Of a stretch of 64,000 bases of DNA, positions 58,001-64,000 are shown piece after piece. The translations under genes and the position numbers were made by a program. This stretch comes from Marsupella aquatica (taxonomy: Eukaryota; Plantae; Marchantiophyta): NCBI GenBank assembly GCA_973895155.1, contig OZ316892.1:4982510-5046509 (forward strand), written 5' to 3'. Position 1 is the stretch's first letter. Each line of letters begins with the position of its first letter. The notes beneath the pieces were generated by a model. That model was not told where the DNA came from. It saw only the letters and a program-made list of their open reading frames with translations, and searched no databases.

Positions 58001-60533
58001 GTGGCTCTTGCACGGAAGGAGACAGAGGAGGCCGAAAGACTTAATTTTGCTGAGAGGCAACTTCTTTCGCAGGTTCGCTCTACGTTTTGCTCGTCAAGTG
58101 TATCCGTAGTTGTTGTAGTCCCATAGTTTCCTCCCTTTCTGGCGTCAGAGATTGGGAATGACTGCTGGATGCTAAACAGGAGAAGAAGTTTCAGACGTCC
58201 TGAAAATTTGTTTCTGTTCTGACATGCAGATTTATACTGAATCAGCTGAAGCTAAACTTCTAGCTGTTCAAGATTATTTGACGACAATGATTGAGGTTGG
58301 AATAAAACTTGCATTGAAGTTTAGTTTCCTTATTTAAAAGTACGTGTTACCATTTGAATACGCAAGGGGGAGCAAAGCTACTGTCTTGATTCTCTAATGA
58401 TCTACCGATCGCTGAAGGAACTCAAAGAAAACTTTTCACGTAGATTTGTTTCGAGAAGTTCTAGCAGTTTGCCTTTAGTCACGTAGATATAAGAGGGACG
58501 ATAAGTTTTTCATTTACGCAGTCTTTCTTTGCTTTGCTATCCAGCGCAATGCAATCCAGTGAAATGTGGGCTTTTGTGGGTTGAGTCAGGCTAGCTGCAA
58601 ATTCCTTGTGTTTGCCCATCATCAATGCATGCTGGAAGGAATTCAAGAACTGCTCCAAGTATGACACTCTTTCCTCGAAAGCCAAGTTTCGTTGACCGAT
58701 CATATATTTGTAATGCAAGTGTTGGTCCTTTTATTTCTCCTTTTATTTCCAAGAAATACTTAAATGCTAGTCGAATCTGATGTGAGTTGACAACTGGAAA
58801 AAACTGCAGAAAAAGAAAGTGAAATTCATACGCATTGATGGGAAAACACCAGCGTCATCTAGGCAAGACCTCGTCAAAAGTTTTCAGGAACAGTCTGATG
58901 TTATGGTTGCGTTGGTAAGTTACATGTCTTAGCCCTCTTTTGCCAATGTTGATTTCTTTGATATCAAATATTTATGACTTTGCCCTTGCGGATAGTGAAT
59001 TTGTTACTTGGCCACGGTACTGTGGCCAGGGGGCTATTGGGATGGGAATTGGTCTTTGACTGGTTAGTGAATATTTTTTATGGTTCTGAACTTCTCATAT
59101 GTTTAATAATGTCTCTATTTTAAGCTTGGGATACGAGCAGCTGGAGTTGGTTTGACATTGACTGCGGCAAGTACTGTAATTTTTGCCGAGATGTCTTGGA
59201 CACCAGGAGACTTGGTCCAGGCAGAAGATCGCGTCCATCGAATTGGCCAGGTCGGTGCCAACTTTGCTTCAGCGCTTCATTCTGAATTCTCACTGAAAGT
59301 TCCTACGATAGCAATTTGGCCACAGCAGGCATGGATTATGCTACGAAGGCAAGACTGCATGGTTATCCGTCACAATGATCCTTTATTGGAGAAGCCGTAA
59401 GAATATGTGTGTGCTGCATTATCTCCCAACTTTGGTTTGTGAGTGCAATTGACCAGAGGCCTTGTTTGACAGGAATCAGCAGTCAATATTTACTATCTCC
59501 ACGCAAATGGCTCTGTCGATGACTTAATCTGGTAACGTCTATCTCCTTGAACCAAGTGACCTTTCCAGCTTGTTTGCAAACTTTTCTGAAGGCTTGTGCA
59601 TAGAATCAGCTGTGACAAGCAGACTCTAAACTTGGGTATTTGAGTGTGCACTGGCATTCCGAATTTGAAGGGATGCTGTTCAACACAAGCTGGAAAACCT
59701 TGGTCAGGTATTTGTTTCCGGCTTTTGAACAAGGATCAGTTTCGGATGTGGTTGAGCTTCCTGTGTCTCCATTTCAACTTTTAATTTGTGATTTTAATTT
59801 ATATTTTGATAATAGTCATGAAATTAATCTTCGGTTCATTTCTTAATCAATTCTGCTCATCAAGTCTCCCTCGTGTTCCTAGCATGTCAGGTACCTGGTT
59901 TGTCGGGTTTTCGGGAAGTCTCCTCATCATAGATTGTAGAACTTAGAAGAGACTGTCGGATAATTGGCTTTTAAATAACCCCTTTCATAGAGAATAAGAT
60001 AACAGAGCAGTAGTGCGTGTTGTCATCTGCAGGTGTTGGATGGAGATGCGGAGAGCTCAATGAAGGTGGCTTCTACGTCTACCGATCATCATGGGGGCCC
60101 ATCAGGGCAGGAGACATTAGACTCTTATATGCGCCCATCTGTAAATCCTTCAGCACCAAGTGGACCTCCAATTGTCCGGAAACCTGTGACCGAATACATG
60201 ACCCCTTCTGAGACAGAGGCTACTATAGAAGCCTTTCTGGGTCCTTTTCAAATGGCAAAAACCTCTAGTTCAGGCCGGAGAGCTCCTGAGCATAGTGCAG
60301 AGGCTGTACCAGTGGCTAGGACCTCCGAGTCGTCAGACGTTAATGCAAGGTTGGATAACTCCTCTTTGAAAGGAAAAAGAGCAGTTAATCGTGACAGAAG
60401 CTGGTCCCAAACTGGGCAAGATAACATTGATCTAGAGGATGATATAACAGAGGTAGGCAATTTCAGTTCCAGGCTTGGTCCTGACAGTTTGATGCAACAT
60501 GCACCTGAACGTAAGAAAAGCCGTTTCACCTAA
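52064..60533 (+). CDS. SMARCAL1: SMARCAL1/CHR18-like SNF2-family annealing helicase, more than 20 exons
   Basis: [20 protein letters not shown] start; HARP-like segments; LMDFQVDGV; [17 protein letters not shown]; [12 protein letters not shown]; IADESH; [13 protein letters not shown]; MIRRLKKDV; FAHH; IRIDG; [38 protein letters not shown]. Confidence 0.93.
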
Positions 60534-61274
60534 GTGCATGCTTCATCATGCTTCATCAATGCAAAGGTTACTGAAATGTCATTGAAGCGAACGCACATCG
60601 GACCAAAATAAATTTCAATTGGACAGAGAGGAAGAGAAGAGCGTATTTCTCCCGATAATGATCGACATACAGGAGAGTCACAATTGCAAAAAAACAACGC
60701 TTTATATTTGTGTTCATACTCCAAACGAGTTGTTTGAGTATCTGCGTTAAAAAATCTTGTCTCCACACGTCATGAAAGAGCTACATTCAATTGCCCATCC
60801 ATTCACGATGAGACTTGAATGAGCAATGATAGAAATATGAAGCAAAATGAACCTTTCCTCTGAAGATGAATGACACGTGCAGAGGCTCGTCGTAAGGAAT
60901 TTGCGTGACTCATTTTGTGACGCAACTTGAGATCTGTATAGTGCAAGATTTCCTGAGCTCCCTGCCCAGTCCGCTGACTATTTATGGGGAACCTTTGCTG
61001 GTATCTTCGTAGGTCTGCTCCTCTGTTATGCGCTCTCCGACCTTTCACTATCTTTGTTACAAGACACATCGATAGAAATGTTGTACTAGTGTATGAGTAT
61101 CCTCAAAAGTAAAAGTGCAGGGAACCAATCAGTCCCATTAACCAATCTCGAAAAACCGCAACCGCACGAAGTTTATTGCAATAAATCCGAATCAAGAAAA
61201 ATTTGATTGGCAATGCATAATAGTCAGATACACAGGTAGGACATTTCTGACCTGATTAGGTAGGACGTATCTTA

Positions 61275-61470
61275 CCTCCAACCATTGTCCAGATATCTAA
61301 CAACGACTAACGCAATCACTTTATCAGATCGAGGGAACCCAAACTTGCTAATAAGCACAAATGCGGAGCTCAATGTCTGACCTCCAATCATTGTCCAGAT
61401 AACATTTAACACGACCTCGGCAATGACTTTATCAGACCGAGGAAAATAAAATTTGCCATTGAGCACAAAT
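61275..61470. repeat. Diverged tandem duplication, 2 x ~106 bp, downstream of the MTP gene
   Basis: cctccaa.cattgtccagata...actttatcaga.cgagg...agcacaaat occurs twice. Confidence 0.85.
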
Positions 61471-61796
61471 ACACGCAATCAAGGGAATTGGCTAGGTTGT
61501 CCTGAAAGCACTTCGTTGATACGATGGTACGTGAAGCCCTTTCCACCATTCTTGAAAATCTGGCCAGGGAGGATCAGCTCTGTCTACTTGAAGGTGTCGG
61601 TGGACAATGTTCCCTGGCGCACTGCATAGCGATTTGAATCCTCCCACAAGTCTCAAATTGGAATGGACTATTCAACTAGTTCTGTTGTGTTGGCTGGTCG
61701 TACAATTTGATTAGTGTACTATGTATGAAAGATACACTTTACAAGCAGATTAGCACGGGACACTAATGTCTATCAGCAGAAAATGAAGGGTTTGCC

Positions 61797-63023
61797 TCAG
61801 TGCTTCAATTCTGCGGCAAAATGCTCTGGTTTATGGTCAGTCTCATAGTCCAGATGCACAAATGCTCGTTCCACCTCTGGCAAACGCTCAAGTTTATTTT
61901 GCAAACTTTCACCAATTTCGTGAGCTTCCTTCAAGGGCATTTCTTCCGGCAGTTCTATGTCCACCTCAACAAAGTAGAACATTCCAAATGTGTAAGCACG
62001 AACGGTGTCAATTTTACGTATCTTATAGTGATGGTTCAAAGCCATGTAGGTCAATTTCTGTAGAACCTGCGGGGGTGCTGCTTTTCCAACCAAGGACGAC
62101 GCGTTTTCAAGCAAAGTTTGGCCCCAGTTGACAATTGTGTAGAGTGCCAGGAAAATGGCACCGACAGGGTCAATCCACCAGAAGAAGTAGTCTGCCAGAA
62201 GTGCCGCTGACAGCCCAACAAGGTTCGTAAGGATATCCATAAAATGATCCTTGGCGTAAGTATTCACAATTTCATTGTCGAAGCTGCTGCAATATAGGTA
62301 CAGGCCCAATTTGACAAATATGGCCAACCCCATAATACTCACCAACCAGATTCGCTCCTCAAAATTCATCGCCTCTCCATGCCCTTCGACCAATTGCTCT
62401 ACTCCAGTTATGAGCACCTGCAGCCCTAGTGTTGCCATTGTGGCAGCAAAAATAACAATTCCCACCGGTTGAATTCGAAGCTTCCCTATAGGATACTTGT
62501 ATTGATTCTTCGTCTGCATGTGGTGGCGAGCAAACCAGAGCACGAAGCCAGCAACCAAGTCCAAGAGGGAGTCCAGTGTCGACGCTAAGATGGCAAGGGA
62601 CCCACTCTGGACTACTGCATAAATCTTCACAACCAAGAGGAAGAAATTCAGGCCGTTGGAGAAGTTGATGGCGCGATTTACTCCCGGCTCCTCAGGCACA
62701 GCTAATTCCCCTCCGTCAGGTGAAAGTGTACCATTGATAGCATCAACCTCCTCAAATCCGGCAAGAGCTTCTCTCTGCTGCCTGTTGTACTCTTTCTGAG
62801 CAGGTGTAAGCCCATCCCTCTCGTCAAAGTCGGCCTTCTCCACATACTTGTGAAACTTGAATTGCCAGCGGCCTGATAACATTGGTTTGAGACCGGTGGA
62901 GGGCCTCTCTTTCCACTTGCGCTTCCCTTCATCAATGGGCAGACCTCCATGATTTCTCTCATAGGGCTGCTCGCTGATCAAGAGCGGAGCCTCTAGGTCG
63001 GACCTCGATCCAGCAGCAGCCAT
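61797..63023 (-). CDS. Metal tolerance protein, Mn-CDF group (MTP8-11-like), single exon, 408 aa
   Basis: Uninterrupted ORF with SGSLAILASTLDSLLDL, YKYPIGKLRIQPVG, DHFMDILTN (DxxxD motifs in TM2/TM5) and IDTVRAYTFG...EAHEIGESLQ..LE.LPEVERAFVHLD..HKPEH. Confidence 0.95.
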   Translation of the reverse strand: MAAAGSRSDLEAPLLISEQPYERNHGGLPIDEGKRKWKERPSTGLKPMLSGRWQFKFHKYVEKADFDERDGLTPAQKEYNRQQREALAGFEEVDAINGTLSPDGGELAVPEEPGVNRAINFSNGLNFFLLVVKIYAVVQSGSLAILASTLDSLLDLVAGFVLWFARHHMQTKNQYKYPIGKLRIQPVGIVIFAATMATLGLQVLITGVEQLVEGHGEAMNFEERIWLVSIMGLAIFVKLGLYLYCSSFDNEIVNTYAKDHFMDILTNLVGLSAALLADYFFWWIDPVGAIFLALYTIVNWGQTLLENASSLVGKAAPPQVLQKLTYMALNHHYKIRKIDTVRAYTFGMFYFVEVDIELPEEMPLKEAHEIGESLQNKLERLPEVERAFVHLDYETDHKPEHFAAELKH

Positions 63024-64000
63024 TGTCTCACTCTTCGCTTCAAATGGAGTTCAATTCTGCGGGTGCATTGGAGCCCCACTCTTCTCTTTACACTCAGTTC
63101 ATTACTTCGGGGTGCATCAGAGCCGAACTATAGTCGCAACATTTGCGGTGGGGTGCTCTGGGTTGAATTGCATGCTGAATCTTGGCACGGCCAGAACAGA
63201 ATAACCAATAGCGAAGCGACAGATGGTCGGGAAAAGGAGCCGTTGAGACAAAGAATTCTTGAGGGAAAAGAGAATTTTTTGTTGTGGGGAAGGTTCATAT
63301 AACAATTTGTAATACTACATTTTCACTGCAGACAAAAGTGGGGCCATGTCAGGGCGTGTCCACTAGTCCGAAAACAGGATCTTGAAGGACCTGATGTTGG
63401 AGAATCTCGAAAATAGAAAAACCGCAGCTGCCCTTTTCAGATGGGCTTGTGTGCTCTGAAAATACTCTTTAATCTGGTGTGGATCTTCGTTTTGTACATC
63501 ACTCTCCAACAGCAAAGATGAAGATTTTGGAAATACAATTTTTCTTCGTCCTCCGGCATTTATTGTATGCAGTGTTTGTTTTTCAATTTTGGCAAAGAGC
63601 TTTCTAGTGTATTTTTTGTAGAAAACCATTTATAGACCATCATATTTTTAATTTTTTTAATAGTGATACAATATATCGACATCAGTAACTGATTCAGCAA
63701 TTTGCAATTCACAAACATCTGGTGACAAAAGTGTGTCTTGCCTAGACAGACTTGATAGAGGTCGTTGGAAAACTGCACACAGATTTGTACCTTGAACTGG
63801 CGTAAGACTCAACTCGCAAATGGACAACGCAAGTAGGTACGGAATTGATTTGCACGACATTTTGAAAGTGCACTGTGCCTGAATGACTCCGTATTTTGAT
63901 TTTCGGAAAGGATGGGGAAAGGACTAGTATGTCAATGCTTCAACTCTGCAGCAAAGTGCTCAGGTCGATGGACACTGTCATAATCTAGATGTACAAAAGC

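Overview
Eukaryotic nuclear DNA from a land plant, probably a bryophyte (inferred from intron-rich GT-AG genes and protein style; the species cannot be determined). Nine protein-coding genes are supported: TCHQD-class GST (+, first exon unclear), organellar alanyl-tRNA synthetase (-), CPL3-like RNA Pol II CTD phosphatase (-), complex I subunit NDUFA5/B13 (-), deoxyhypusine synthase (-), CRIPT (+), PS1-like FHA+PIN protein (-), SMARCAL1/CHR18-like helicase (+) and an intronless Mn-CDF/MTP transporter (-). Intergenic DNA contains degenerate retroelement remnants, a Harbinger/Tourist-type MITE with a nested solo LTR, tRNA-derived repeats and many local tandem duplications. I found no clear novel multi-gene system. 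The most unusual observations are the tandem exon-intron cassettes in the PS1 leader, the tRNA-like tandem array, the MITE/solo-LTR nest, the intronless MTP and the doubled HARP-like region of the helicase. Exon boundaries were read by eye and are approximate. Protein families were assigned from recalled motifs, not database searches.
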